The position numbers were made by a program, and so were the translations under genes. DNA of 63,967 bases, the filler included, from Vicugna vicugna (Eukaryota): assembly GCA_013265495.1 (NCBI GenBank). It is 80 parts of 79 records of this genome, joined end to end, with 100 filler letters (N's around TTAATTAATTAA, not from the genome) between each part and the next. Parts side by side here need not be neighbours in the genome. Positions count along the whole stretch, not along the records: positions 38,346 to 39,157 come from PNXW01006227.1; positions 39,258 to 39,818 come from PNXW01006228.1; positions 39,919 to 40,623 come from MU058813.1; positions 40,724 to 41,567 come from MU058814.1; positions 41,668 to 42,154 come from PNXW01006234.1; positions 42,255 to 43,251 come from PNXW01006235.1; positions 43,352 to 44,215 come from PNXW01006236.1; positions 44,316 to 45,157 come from PNXW01006249.1; 72 more parts are not named here. One strand, written 5' to 3'. The notes beneath the pieces were generated by a model. That model did not search any database and was not told the origin of the DNA. It saw only the letters and a program-made list of their open reading frames with translations. Below, in pieces: positions 38,610 through 50,016 of this stretch (position 1 is its first letter; the number at the start of each line of letters is the position of its first letter).

Positions 38610-38760
38610 TTTCTAATCCTCACAAGAATTTTCAAAGCTAAGTATTATCCTTCTTAATTTACAGGGTAGGAAACTGAGTCTCAGAAAGACTGGCAAAAGA
38701 CTGGCTTAATTTCCCAGGATCACACAGCTGTTAAGTGGTAAAGGCCAGTTCTATGTAAAT
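38610..38760 (-). mobile_element. MIR SINE
   Basis: AATCCTCACAA...TTTACAGGGTAGGAAACTGAGTCTCAGA...CCCAGGATCACACAGCT. Confidence 0.75.
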
Positions 38761-39257
38761 CCAAAGTTTAGTTTATTCACAGTGCAAGCTACTGAGTATG
38801 AAAGACAATTAAGCTAATGGGATGATTGATGTAAAAGTAGATGACATTTAAAGAGTAAAGGAATAACACAAACTAAAAACCAATTATTAAAATGTATTCA
38901 AAAGAACTGCAAAACCATCTGGAGAGAATGAGGTTTATCAAGTCTTTGGATTATTCAAAGGCATCGGAATTGTGCCAAAAGGCTTTATGTTTAGAGTGAG
39001 GTGGGAAGCTCCGTTAGTGGCCAGCACAATCTGTTTCCCTGGCCCAGTGGCATTATCTTGCTTTTTGTCCCTGAAATGGCTGCTAGGAAAGTAGAACTTA
39101 CTCCTAAGATTATATTGGTTCCCTAAGCTAACTCCTGATTGGTCCATTTGTAGCACCNNNNNNNNNNNNNNNNNNNNNNNNNNNNNNNNNNNNNNNNNNN
39201 NTTAATTAATTAANNNNNNNNNNNNNNNNNNNNNNNNNNNNNNNNNNNNNNNNNNNN

Positions 39258-39720
39258 CGTGCCGGCCCAGGTGTGTGCAGGCCCTGGTGTGTGCAGTCCC
39301 AGGAGTTTACAAGCCCAGGTTCGTGCCGGCCCAGGGCTGTGCAGGCCCAGGAGTGTGCAGACAGAGGAGGGTGCAGGCCCAGGCCCGGGCAGGCCCAGGA
39401 GTGTACAGGCCCAGGTTCGTGCCGGCCCAGGTGTGTGCAGGCCCTGGAATGTGCAGTTCCAGAGCTGTGCAGACACAAGACGGAACAGGCCCAGAGGTGT
39501 GCAGGCCAAGGAGTGTGCAGACCCAGGACTGTGCAGTCCTAGGAGTGTGCAGACACGGGGGGGGGGAGCAGGACACGAGTGTACTGACCCAGGAGTGTAG
39601 AGGCCCAGGTGTATGCAGGCCCATGTATGCAGGCCCAGGAGTGTGCAGAGGAGTGTACAGGCCCAGTAGGGTGCAGGCCCAGGATTGTGCAGGCCCTGGC
39701 GGCCCTGGAGGGCAGGATGC
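39258..39720 (+). repeat. GC-rich 16-bp minisatellite (GTGTGCAGGCCCAGGA)
   Basis: Repeated 16-mer variants; CGTGCCGGCCCAGGTGTGTGCAGGCCCTGG at 39258 and 39418 (160 = 10x16). Confidence 0.85.
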
Positions 39721-39918
39721 CGTGACCAGGGGAGGCACTCTGTAGGACTGGGGGCGGAGTGCGGGAGAGCAGAAGAGCAGGTGGTTGGAGAGTCGGTGGT
39801 GAGGGCTGGAAAGGGGCANNNNNNNNNNNNNNNNNNNNNNNNNNNNNNNNNNNNNNNNNNNNTTAATTAATTAANNNNNNNNNNNNNNNNNNNNNNNNNN
39901 NNNNNNNNNNNNNNNNNN

Positions 39919-41567
39919 GAGTGGAGTTTGAAACTGAAAAGAAAATTTGTGTTCCCTTCAAGAAAGTTGAAGGATAGCTTTCACACACAATTAACTCTCA
40001 GAACTGAGCATGTGGTGAGACGTTCGTTCATCCAGCACAAAGGGAACGGGTTGCAGGAGAAACCCTTACTCTGGTTTCTCAGTCTGTTTCCNNNNNNNNN
40101 NNNNNNNNNNNNNNNNNNNNNNNNNNNNNNNNNNNNNNNNNNNNNNNNNNNNNNNNNNNNNNNNNNNNNNNNNNNNNNNNNNNNNNNNNNNNNNNNNNNN
40201 NNNNNNNNNNNNNNNNNNNNNNNNNNNNNNNNNNNNNNNNNNNNNNNNNNNNNNNNNNNNNNNNNNNNNNNNNNNNNNNNNNNNNNNNNNNNNNNNNNNN
40301 NNNNNNNNNNNNNNNNNNNNNNNNNNNNNNNNNNNNNNNNNNNNNNNNNNNNNNNNNNNNNNNNNNNNNNNNNNNNNNNNNNNNNNNNNNNNNNNNNNNN
40401 NNTCCCCATATATATGTATGGAGTGGAGTTTGCAACTGAAAAGAAACTTTGTGTTCCCTTGAAGCTAGGTGAAGGACGGCTTTCACACACACTTATCTCT
40501 CAGAACTGAGCATGTGGAGAGACGTCCGTTCATCCAGCACAAAGAGAACTGGTTGGAGGAGAAACACTGACTGTTTTTTCAATCTGTTTCCTAGTGCCGG
40601 TTTGAAATGCCTGCCGTTTTCACNNNNNNNNNNNNNNNNNNNNNNNNNNNNNNNNNNNNNNNNNNNNTTAATTAATTAANNNNNNNNNNNNNNNNNNNNN
40701 NNNNNNNNNNNNNNNNNNNNNNNTGAAGTGCCTGCCTTTTTCACTGTAAACCCGAGTTGGTGCTTATTGTTCCCCATATATATGTATGGTGTGGGGATGG
40801 CAACTGAAAAGAAATTTTTGGTTCCCTTCAAGCTGGGTGAAGGACGGATTTCACACACATATATCTCTCAGACTTTAGCATGTTGAGAGACGTTCGTTCA
40901 TCCAGTACAAAGGGAACGGTTTGCATGAAAGACAATTACTCTGGTTTGTCAGTCTGTTTCCTTGTGCTGGTTTGAAGTGCCTGCCTTTTTCACTGTAAAC
41001 CCGAGTTGGTGCTTATTGTTCCCCATATATATGTATGGTGTGGGGATGGCAACTGAAAAGAAATTTTGGGTTCCCTTCAAGCTGGGTGAAGGACGGATTT
41101 CACACACATATATCTCTCAGACTTTAGCATGTTGAGAGACGTTCGTTCATGCAGCACAAACGGAACGGGTTGCAGGAGAAACAAATACTCTGGTTTCTCA
41201 GTCTGTTTCCTAGTGCCGGTTTGAAGTTCCTGCCTTTTTCACTGTAAACACGAGTTGGNNNNNNNNNNNNNNNNNNNNNNNNNNNNNNNNNNNNNNNNNN
41301 NNNNNNNNNNNNNNNNNNNNNNNNNNNNNNNNNNNNNNNNNNNNNNNNNNNNNNNNNNNNNNNNNNNNNNNNNNNNNNNNNNNNNNNNNNNNNNNNNNNN
41401 NNNNNNNNNNNNNNNNNNNNNNNNNNNNNNNNNNNNNNNNNNNNNNNNTGGTTTCTCATTTCCCGGTGCAGGTTTAAAGATCCTGCGGTTTGAACTGTAA
41501 AATCGAGTTGGAGCTTGTACCCCTCCATATATATGTATGGAGTGGGGATTGCAAATTAAAAGAATCT
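39919..41567 (+). repeat. SatB (two scaffolds: 39919-40623 and 40724-41567)
   Basis: TGAAGTGCCTGCC at 40724 and 40973 (period 249). Confidence 0.93.
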
Positions 41568-41667
41568 NNNNNNNNNNNNNNNNNNNNNNNNNNNNNNNNN
41601 NNNNNNNNNNNTTAATTAATTAANNNNNNNNNNNNNNNNNNNNNNNNNNNNNNNNNNNNNNNNNNNN

Positions 41668-41900
41668 AATGGTAGAACATTGACAGATAGAAAATAGTAT
41701 ACATAAAGGAGACTAGCAACATTGATAGTCTGTATACATCATGGAATTATACACAATAGCTTAAAATAATTGTGTGTTACAATCATTGTAATAATTCATA
41801 ATGCATTATAATCTACAAAGTGGTTATAATTAACTATGCTGTACATCTGAAACTACACAATATAGTAAATCTACTCTACTTCAAATAAAAAGAAAACATC
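41668..41900 (+). mobile_element. LINE-1 3'UTR terminus
   Basis: ATAATCTAC...CTATGCTGTACATCTGAAACTACACAATAT...AAATCTACTCTACTTCAAATAAAAA resembles laurasiatherian L1 3' ends. Confidence 0.65.
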
Positions 41901-42254
41901 TCAGGTATAATTTAGTCCTTTTTCCGCTGATAGCAGCTTCCTTTAATATTGTTTTATTTTTATTTTTACCTTTGATGGTTACTGACTCAAATTATTTCTT
42001 TTACTGTTGTAAACACTTTACCAGTTTGAGGTATCTATATTTATTGTCCCTGATTTCCTATTTACTTTTCCCCCTTTAAACCAAATAGTATAGTAGCATT
42101 TAAAAGCATACCCAAAGAAACTGTTGAAACTTTCTCGGGGTATCTCCTTAGATTNNNNNNNNNNNNNNNNNNNNNNNNNNNNNNNNNNNNNNNNNNNNTT
42201 AATTAATTAANNNNNNNNNNNNNNNNNNNNNNNNNNNNNNNNNNNNNNNNNNNN

Positions 42255-43251
42255 TGGCTGAAGCTGGCAGGAAAAGGCCTAGAGCCAGGATTTGTCACCT
42301 AAGGTGTCCTCCAAAATGGTTCCATGTGGGAGCCCATTTTTGGGTTAAGAAATTTTAACAGACACCAGCCTCCTGTCAACTTTAAGAAGAAAAATATATG
42401 CTTAGTAACTGCTTTGCAAACAAGCGCCTGTGCATCCTCACTGCTGTCTCCTTGCCTTAAAAAGCAGAGACAATGCTTTGCTTGAGAAGTTGTGGTTTTA
42501 GATAGCACTCAGCTCATTGCAAAGCAATGACCTAGGCCCGCAGCTATAAACGCTGGGCTTGTGTGCAGTTAGATAGCCTATTATCCCGAAAACAAGGACC
42601 TAGCTGGTCTGGTGGTCTGTTGTGTAATTCACATACCTAAAGAATATATCTTACTCCCCTCACCCCATGACTTCCCTAAAGATATACTAAGCCTTTGTAC
42701 TCATGTTGGATTCTACAATCTCTGTCTGATCCCTTTTTTCCCAGGTTCCTGTTTAGTATCAACACTGTAGCTGTTAATGACTTTTTACTTTGATTATACA
42801 CAATAAACATGGGAGCATTTGAGAGGCTCGTGGAGTTGGCTCCCTAATCCTTCTCTATTTCTTGACTTTTTCCACAGAGTCTTGAGTAATCATTCCGTGT
42901 CGGTAAGACTTCTGCCAGCCAGAACCCACAGTTCCAGGTGAGAACGATGCAGACTTTAACTCTCCTACCCGAGGGAGAGAGAGAAGAAAATTGAGATATG
43001 CTCCCCTCGTGATCCCTTCCTGCCCCAGGGCCACTCCAGTTCACCTGCAGCCTTCTGGCCTCTGCTCAGAGGGCCTCTGTCCCAGGACTGACTGCAGCCT
43101 TTTCTTCCCTTGTCAATATTTCCTGTGCCTTTCGGAAGTTGGTCTCTTCTCAGCAATTCAACCCTGGCAGATGTGATGGTCGTCAGCGTGCTTGTGGGCA
43201 GTCACCTGGGGACTCCCAGGAGCCATGCTGTTTCCTCAGTCTCTCATTCGG
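42255..43251 (+). mobile_element. Probable ERV LTR plus 5' internal leader (copy 1)
   Basis: Colinear with 61505-62338; TATAAA ~42545, AATAAA ~42802, GC-rich leader-like downstream part. Confidence 0.55.
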
Positions 43252-43351
43252 NNNNNNNNNNNNNNNNNNNNNNNNNNNNNNNNNNNNNNNNNNNNTTAAT
43301 TAATTAANNNNNNNNNNNNNNNNNNNNNNNNNNNNNNNNNNNNNNNNNNNN

Positions 43352-44215
43352 AGGGGAGTTCCCTAAGTAATTCCTCAGTCAATCTGATGGCACAAGGTGC
43401 TACTTGGTCTCCAAGGCCAAACCCCAGGTTTTGCTCGCAGCCCGGCCTAGGGAAACACTCAGGGAATACAAGCTGAGTTATTGTATTCGAACGCAGGCGC
43501 TGCTGTCAGTTGGAGGAACTTCCACACACTCAGGATTCCGGATCCCAGCCTTGTGTGAGGGGTGTTGTGGAGACCCAGTCCACGCAGATGAATGGGGGCA
43601 CAAGTGTTCCATTTTAGGGTGAAATCCTCTAAGTATTTCCAAAGTAAATCAGGGGGCACTCGTTGCTACTTGGACTTCATGCCCAAACCCCACTTTCCCC
43701 CACACTCCAGCCTAGGCATGCCATCAGGGAAGACATGCTTTGGGATTCTATTAGAACCCAGGCGCTGCTGTCAGTTAGAGGAGACTCCCTACACTCAGGA
43801 TACCTGAGGAAGCTTTTATGTGTATGATGGATTTGGGGATAAATAGTCCACGCAACTCTATGGTGGCACAGGTGTTCACAGGGAGGGAATGTACTTTAAA
43901 CACCTCCACTGCCCATAGAGAGGCACTCGCTAATACTTGGTTTTAGAGCCCAACCCCCACCTTCGCTCCCAGCCGGTCCTTGGAAAACACACAGGGAAGT
44001 CAACCTAAGGGATCCTATTAGATCCCAGATGCTGCTGTCAGTTGGAGGTGCCTCCCCACACTCAGGATACCAGAACACTTCTTCATGTGTGTGCTGAGTG
44101 TGTGCTGGGTGAAACAGAGCCCACGCATTTTTCAAGGAGCACAGGTGTTCCGAGTTTTTGGGTTTTTGGCTAATAACCTCCACGTCCCATGAAGAAGCAC
44201 TCGCTAATACTTGGA
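43352..44215 (+). repeat. SatD: three diverged ~266-bp monomers
   Basis: GCTGCTGTCAGTT at 43499, 43764, 44031 (periods 265, 267). Confidence 0.85.
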
Positions 44216-44315
44216 NNNNNNNNNNNNNNNNNNNNNNNNNNNNNNNNNNNNNNNNNNNNTTAATTAATTAANNNNNNNNNNNNNNNNNNNNNNNNNNNNN
44301 NNNNNNNNNNNNNNN

Positions 44316-45157
44316 AACACCTGTGACTGAAGAGAGCTGCGTGGAGTTTTCTCTGGAGCTATCCAACTCAATGACAATGCTTCCGGATCCTGAGCATGGG
44401 GAGGTACCTCCAACGGTCGGTAGCGCGTGTGTTCTAAGGGAATGCCTGTGCTCGTCTCCCCTCAGGTTTTTCCTCATGTTTTCTGTGCCAGGGAATGCTA
44501 GGGGCGTTGAAGGAAATCCCAGTGACAGAGGCTGCCTCCCCAAGTTAAGGAAAATTATTTCTCGGACTTCCCCGAGCAGAGAACACCTGTGAATGTAGAG
44601 AGCTGCGTGGAGTTGTCTCTCGAGCTCCCCCACTCAATGACTATGTTTCAAGTAATCCTGAGAGTCGGGAGGTTCCAACAAAGTTCGGCAGCGAGTGGGT
44701 TCTATGGGAATGCCTGTGCTCATCGACTCTGAGGTTTTTCCTCATGTCTCTGTGCCAGGGAATGCTAGGGCTGGTTGCAGGAAATCCCAGTGACAGAGGC
44801 TGCCTCCCCAAGGTCAGGGAATTTATTTCTCGGACTTCCCCGAACAGGGAACACCTCTGACTGAATAGAGATGCGTGGAGTTGTCTCTCGAGCTCCCCCA
44901 CAACTCCCCCACGCACTGAAAATGGTTCCGGAATCCTGAGTGTGGTGTTGTTCCACCAACGGTCGGCAGCGCGTGGGTTGTAACGGAAAGCCTAAGCTCG
45001 TCTCCCCTGAGGCTTTTCCTAATATCAGTGTGCCAGGGAATGCTAGGGGGGTTTGCAGGAAATCCCAGTGACAGAGGCTGCCGCCCCAATTCAGGGAAGG
45101 TATTTCTCGTATTTCCCCCAACAGGGAACACCTGTGACAGAAGAGAGCTGCGTGGAG
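44316..45157 (-). repeat. SatA
   Basis: AACACCTGTGACTGAAGAGAGCTGCGTGGAG monomers. Confidence 0.92.
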
Positions 45158-45257
45158 NNNNNNNNNNNNNNNNNNNNNNNNNNNNNNNNNNNNNNNNNNN
45201 NTTAATTAATTAANNNNNNNNNNNNNNNNNNNNNNNNNNNNNNNNNNNNNNNNNNNN

Positions 45258-45777
45258 TCCGATTTTAGAACCTGGTGATAGAAAAATCATTGAAGTCAGA
45301 GTCAATATTTCTTAGTGTATATACGCCATGTTTGTTGGATGAAAGGTCAGTAATCCACATGCTCACAAGTCAGAAACGCATGATTGCCGAATCCGTCATG
45401 CATATAGCATGTACGCAACCCGGAATGCCATGTTGATGGAATTCGTGTAAATTACATNNNNNNNNNNNNNNNNNNNNNNNNNNNNNNNNNNNNNNNNNNN
45501 NNNNNNNNNNNNNNNNNNNNNNNNNNNNNNNNNNNNNNNNNNNNNNNNNNNNNNNNNNNNNNNNNNNNNNNNNNNNNNNTTATACAGGAGATTAGTAATC
45601 CAGATGCCCTCAACTCAGGAATGCATGTTTGTCGATTCCGTCATGTATGTAGCATGTACGGAACACGAAATATTATGTCGATGTAATGTAATCAAATTAC
45701 ATATCTCTAAGGAAGAATTCGATCCAAGAGGTTTTTTTTGGGATCAAAGTGTGATTCTTGTAACTGGTGATAGGAAG
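45258..45777 (+). repeat. SatC
   Basis: TCCGATTTTAGAACCTGGTGATAG; GATGAAAGGTCAGTAATCCACATGCTCACAAG. Confidence 0.9.
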
Positions 45778-45946
45778 NNNNNNNNNNNNNNNNNNNNNNN
45801 NNNNNNNNNNNNNNNNNNNNNTTAATTAATTAANNNNNNNNNNNNNNNNNNNNNNNNNNNNNNNNNNNNNNNNNNNNAGACAGAAGAGAGATCAAGTGTT
45901 TCATCAGAACAGAAACTCAAAGTCAGAAATTATCTTAAAACGTTAG

Positions 45947-46457
45947 TGTGGTAGTTAGAAAAATGATCCCTCCCAAGATGTCTATGTCCTAATCCCCAGA
46001 ACATATGAAGAGAACAGGTTCCCTGGCAAAGGGGGCCTATGTTTGCAGATGCGGTTAAAGTTGCTAACCAGCCGACTCTAAGAGAGACTAGCTGGATTAT
46101 AGAGGTGGGCCCAGTGTAATCACCAGGACGTTAAAAGAGGAAGGAGGAGGAAGAAGAGGGGAGAGAGGAGAAACAGGATCAGAGTCAGAGTCACACAACC
46201 ATGCTGACCTTCAGAGAGAGAAAAGAGGTCACAGGCCAAGAGACACAGGTGGCCTCTGGGAGCCAGAAAAGTCAAAGATACAGGTTCCCTGAGGCCTTCA
46301 GAAACAGCCCTGCCAATACTTTGACTTCAGCAGGCTTCTGCATTCAAGAACCCTACAAGGTTAAATTTGTGTTGTTTAGTGGAGACTTTTTCTTTTTTCT
46401 TCCTACTGCCATGACGTTTGGGGATACTTGTTACAGCAGCAACAGAAAGCGAATACA
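45947..46457 (+). mobile_element. MaLR solo LTR (MLT1D-like)
   Basis: TGTGGTAG start, GTCCTAATCCCCAGAAC, GGTGGGCCCAGTGTAATCAC, TGTTACAGCAGCAACAGAAAGCGAATACA end. Confidence 0.85.
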
Positions 46458-47267
46458 GTAATCTCCTTGAAATGTTCAGAAATTGCAGATAACACTGGAC
46501 TGTCCACTTTGATGTGGGATTGGGCTTATGTGAAAATCAAAAGGACAGTGTGACCTTTGCTAACATCTGCTTTTCTCATTTTTAGGAAGAGAACATTAAG
46601 TCAAAACATCTGAAGATATTATTTTAGACAAGTGCCTCTTAAAACATTATGTAACCCTGTGCCTTAGGACCCCAACAGTANNNNNNNNNNNNNNNNNNNN
46701 NNNNNNNNNNNNNNNNNNNNNNNNTTAATTAATTAANNNNNNNNNNNNNNNNNNNNNNNNNNNNNNNNNNNNNNNNNNNNGATGGAACCCACGGCTAATA
46801 CAAATCCTCTTTAAGCTGAAGATAAATGAGATTCAAAAGATGTAGAAGAAAAGCTGTCATGGAAGACAATTCTCTCCTCTCCCTTTGCCCTAATAAGTTA
46901 GTTTGATAACAAAGCCTTTAACTTTCACCATTTAACATGGTAGGAAATTTTCTGGTTGACTCCTGCGTGTGTATAAATAAACCGTTTCTCTCCTTCCCTT
47001 CAATCCAGAAGTGGGCTCTTTGGGAGGGACTCTGGATGATGGGGACTTGCTCTTTTCTCACCTTCTTTAGTGACATGTTTTGTCCATGGTGAAGTTCTTA
47101 AAAAAAAGAAAAGGCTCATTGATTTGGGGTCAGAATTGGAACATGTATACCTTTGGAGACCCCCTGGNNNNNNNNNNNNNNNNNNNNNNNNNNNNNNNNN
47201 NNNNNNNNNNNTTAATTAATTAANNNNNNNNNNNNNNNNNNNNNNNNNNNNNNNNNNNNNNNNNNNN

Positions 47268-48003
47268 TCAGGATTCCGGAACCATTGTCTGTGCATGGGG
47301 GAGCTCGAGAGAAAACTCCACGCTGCTCTCTTCATTTTCAGGAGTTCCCTGTTCGGGGAAGTCCGGGAAATACTTTCCCTGAACTTGGGGAGGCAGATTC
47401 GGTCAATGGGATATCCTGCAATCAACCATAGCATTCCTGGCACAGAGACATTAGGAAATCCCTCAGGGGAGACGAGCTTAGACATTCCGTTCGAAACCAC
47501 GCTCTGCCGACCGTTGTTGCAACCTCCCCACGCTCAGGTTTCCGAAACCATTGTCAGTGCGTGGGGGAGCTCGAGAGTCAACTCGAAGTAGCTATCTTCA
47601 GTCACAGCAGTTCCCTGATCGGGGAAGTCCGGAAAATAACTTCCCTGACCTTGGGGAGGCAGCCTCGGTCACGGGATATCCTGTAAACCCCCTTAGCATT
47701 CCCTGGCACAGAGATATTAGGAAAACCCTCAGGGGAGACGAGTTTAAGCATTCCGTTAGAACCCACGCGCTGCCGACCGTTGGTGGAACTTCCCCACGCT
47801 CTGGATTCCGGAACCATTGTCAGTGCGTGGGGGAGCTCATCTCTTCAGTCACAGGTGTTCCCTCTTCGGGGAAGTCTGGGATATAGCTTCCCTGAACTTG
47901 GGGAGGCCGCCTCGGTCACTGGGATATCCTGTAAACACCCCTAGCATTCCCTATCAATGAGACATTAGGAAAAAACTCAGGGGATACGAGCTTAGGCATT
48001 CCG
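47268..48003 (+). repeat. SatA
   Basis: ~267-bp monomers; one carries an internal deletion near 47838. Confidence 0.92.
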
Positions 48004-48103
48004 NNNNNNNNNNNNNNNNNNNNNNNNNNNNNNNNNNNNNNNNNNNNTTAATTAATTAANNNNNNNNNNNNNNNNNNNNNNNNNNNNNNNNNNNNNNNNN
48101 NNN

Positions 48104-48474
48104 ATCCGTGATGCATGAAACATGTTCATAATACGGAATGCCATGGTTCTTTAAACAATGTAAATTACATGTGTTTATGTGAGAATTCGCTCAAAGAGTG
48201 TTTTCTGGTGCCAAATGTCCGATTTGAAAACCTGGTGATAGAAAAATCTATGAAGTACAGAGTAAATATTTCTAAGTCTATATAGCATTTTTTCGGNNNN
48301 NNNNNNNNNNNNNNNNNNNNNNNNNNNNNNNNNNNNNNNNNNNNNNNNNNNNNNNNNNNNNNNNNNNNNNNNNNNNNGAACCCGGAATGCCAAGTTGATG
48401 GAATTCATTTAAATTACATATCTGTTAGATGGAAATCGCTACAGAACTATTTTTCTGTGAAAAATGCACGAATT
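48104..48474 (+). repeat. SatC
   Basis: ATCCGTGATGCATGAAACATG...GAGAATTCGCTCAAAG shared with 57035-57130. Confidence 0.9.
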
Positions 48475-48574
48475 NNNNNNNNNNNNNNNNNNNNNNNNNN
48501 NNNNNNNNNNNNNNNNNNTTAATTAATTAANNNNNNNNNNNNNNNNNNNNNNNNNNNNNNNNNNNNNNNNNNNN

Positions 48575-49252
48575 AGAGGAATGAATTAGTGACTTAGAAG
48601 ACAGGAAAATAGAAATCAGTAAAGCTACAAGAGGAACAATGAGAAACAAATAAAAAAAGCATAAGGGACCTATGGGTTAATAGAAAGCATGCCAATCGTG
48701 GCATGATAGAAGTCCCAGGAGGGGAGGAAAAATCAAATGGGATTGCAAAGATGTTTGAAGAGATCATGACTGAGAACTTCCCAAACTTAAAGAAGGAATC
48801 AGATATCCAAGTAAAGGATGCTCAGTGTGTCCCAAACAGGAAGAACCCAAATACACCCACAGCAAGTCATATAATTAATATGGCCAGTGTCAAGGATAAA
48901 GGAATGATCTAAAGGCAGCAAGAGAATAGCAAAGAGTGAGTTACAAAGGAATCCCCTTAAGACTCCCGGCTGATTTCACAACACATATACTACAGGCCAC
49001 AGGAGAGTGGCAAGATATATTCAAAGTCCTGAATGAAAAAATGATATATCCTAGCATATTTTAACCAGAAATGCGATCCTTTATGTTAGAAGGAAACATA
49101 AAGAATTTCACAGATAAGAAAAAGCTACAAGAGTTTATCAACACAAGACCCATGCTAAAAGAAATATTGAAAGTTCTACTATAAAAAGAAAGAACAAGGA
49201 TGCTACAAGGATGCTACAGAAATGTGAAACTCACAGCTGGAAAGGTGATAGC
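48575..49252 (+). mobile_element. LINE-1 ORF1 3' half (decayed)
   Basis: FEEIMTENFPNLKKESDIQVKDAQCVPNRKNPN; same family as the 22280 and 27207 copies. Confidence 0.93.
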
Positions 49253-49589
49253 NNNNNNNNNNNNNNNNNNNNNNNNNNNNNNNNNNNNNNNNNNNNTTAA
49301 TTAATTAANNNNNNNNNNNNNNNNNNNNNNNNNNNNNNNNNNNNNNNNNNNNTTTTTAGTGCTTACAGAGCACTAAAATAAAAAAAAAATTAACTTTATA
49401 TATAAGTACCTGAGAATTAAACATTTGTGAATATGTACAATTTTAATTTATGCCACTCTGTCTCACATTCTCAATGGTGTCTCTCCTTTGAAGGCCTCAT
49501 CAGGCTGAGATCACTAAAATCGGCCATTTATGGAGTCACAGGAGTTCGGGTAACCACTCAACGGGAGACTAATTAGAGGAGCAATAGAG

Positions 49590-49735
49590 AATGCAGTGTG
49601 CAGCCTGGGTTCCAGCACCAAGCTAGCCACCGCCAGCTGCGCGTGATTCGGGACAAGCTGCTCCATCTCTCAATCCCTCAGCTGCAAAAAAGGAGACATT
49701 GATACCTACCCTCAAACACATGCTATGAAGTAAAA
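49590..49735 (+). mobile_element. MIR SINE fragment
   Basis: CCTGGGTTC...AGCTGCGCGTGATTCGGGACAAG...CCTCAGCTGCAAAAAAGGAGA. Confidence 0.55.
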
Positions 49736-50016
49736 CAAGAGGAAAGCATTTTAGACTTAGGACCAAACTCAGAGCGAGTTTGGTCAATATGATGATGAGG
49801 ATGGCTGTTAGTAAATTAAGCTAGGCCAAAAAGGAGAAATCACCTTAAAGGAGAAACATTTTAATGAGCACTTCTTTTTGGATGGATTGCAGAATATTCT
49901 ATTGATTTTTTTAATANNNNNNNNNNNNNNNNNNNNNNNNNNNNNNNNNNNNNNNNNNNNTTAATTAATTAANNNNNNNNNNNNNNNNNNNNNNNNNNNN
50001 NNNNNNNNNNNNNNNN

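Noticed and set aside
39259..39745. Overlapping 90-156 aa ORFs on both strands
   Set aside because: By-product of a stop-poor GC-rich 16-bp minisatellite.
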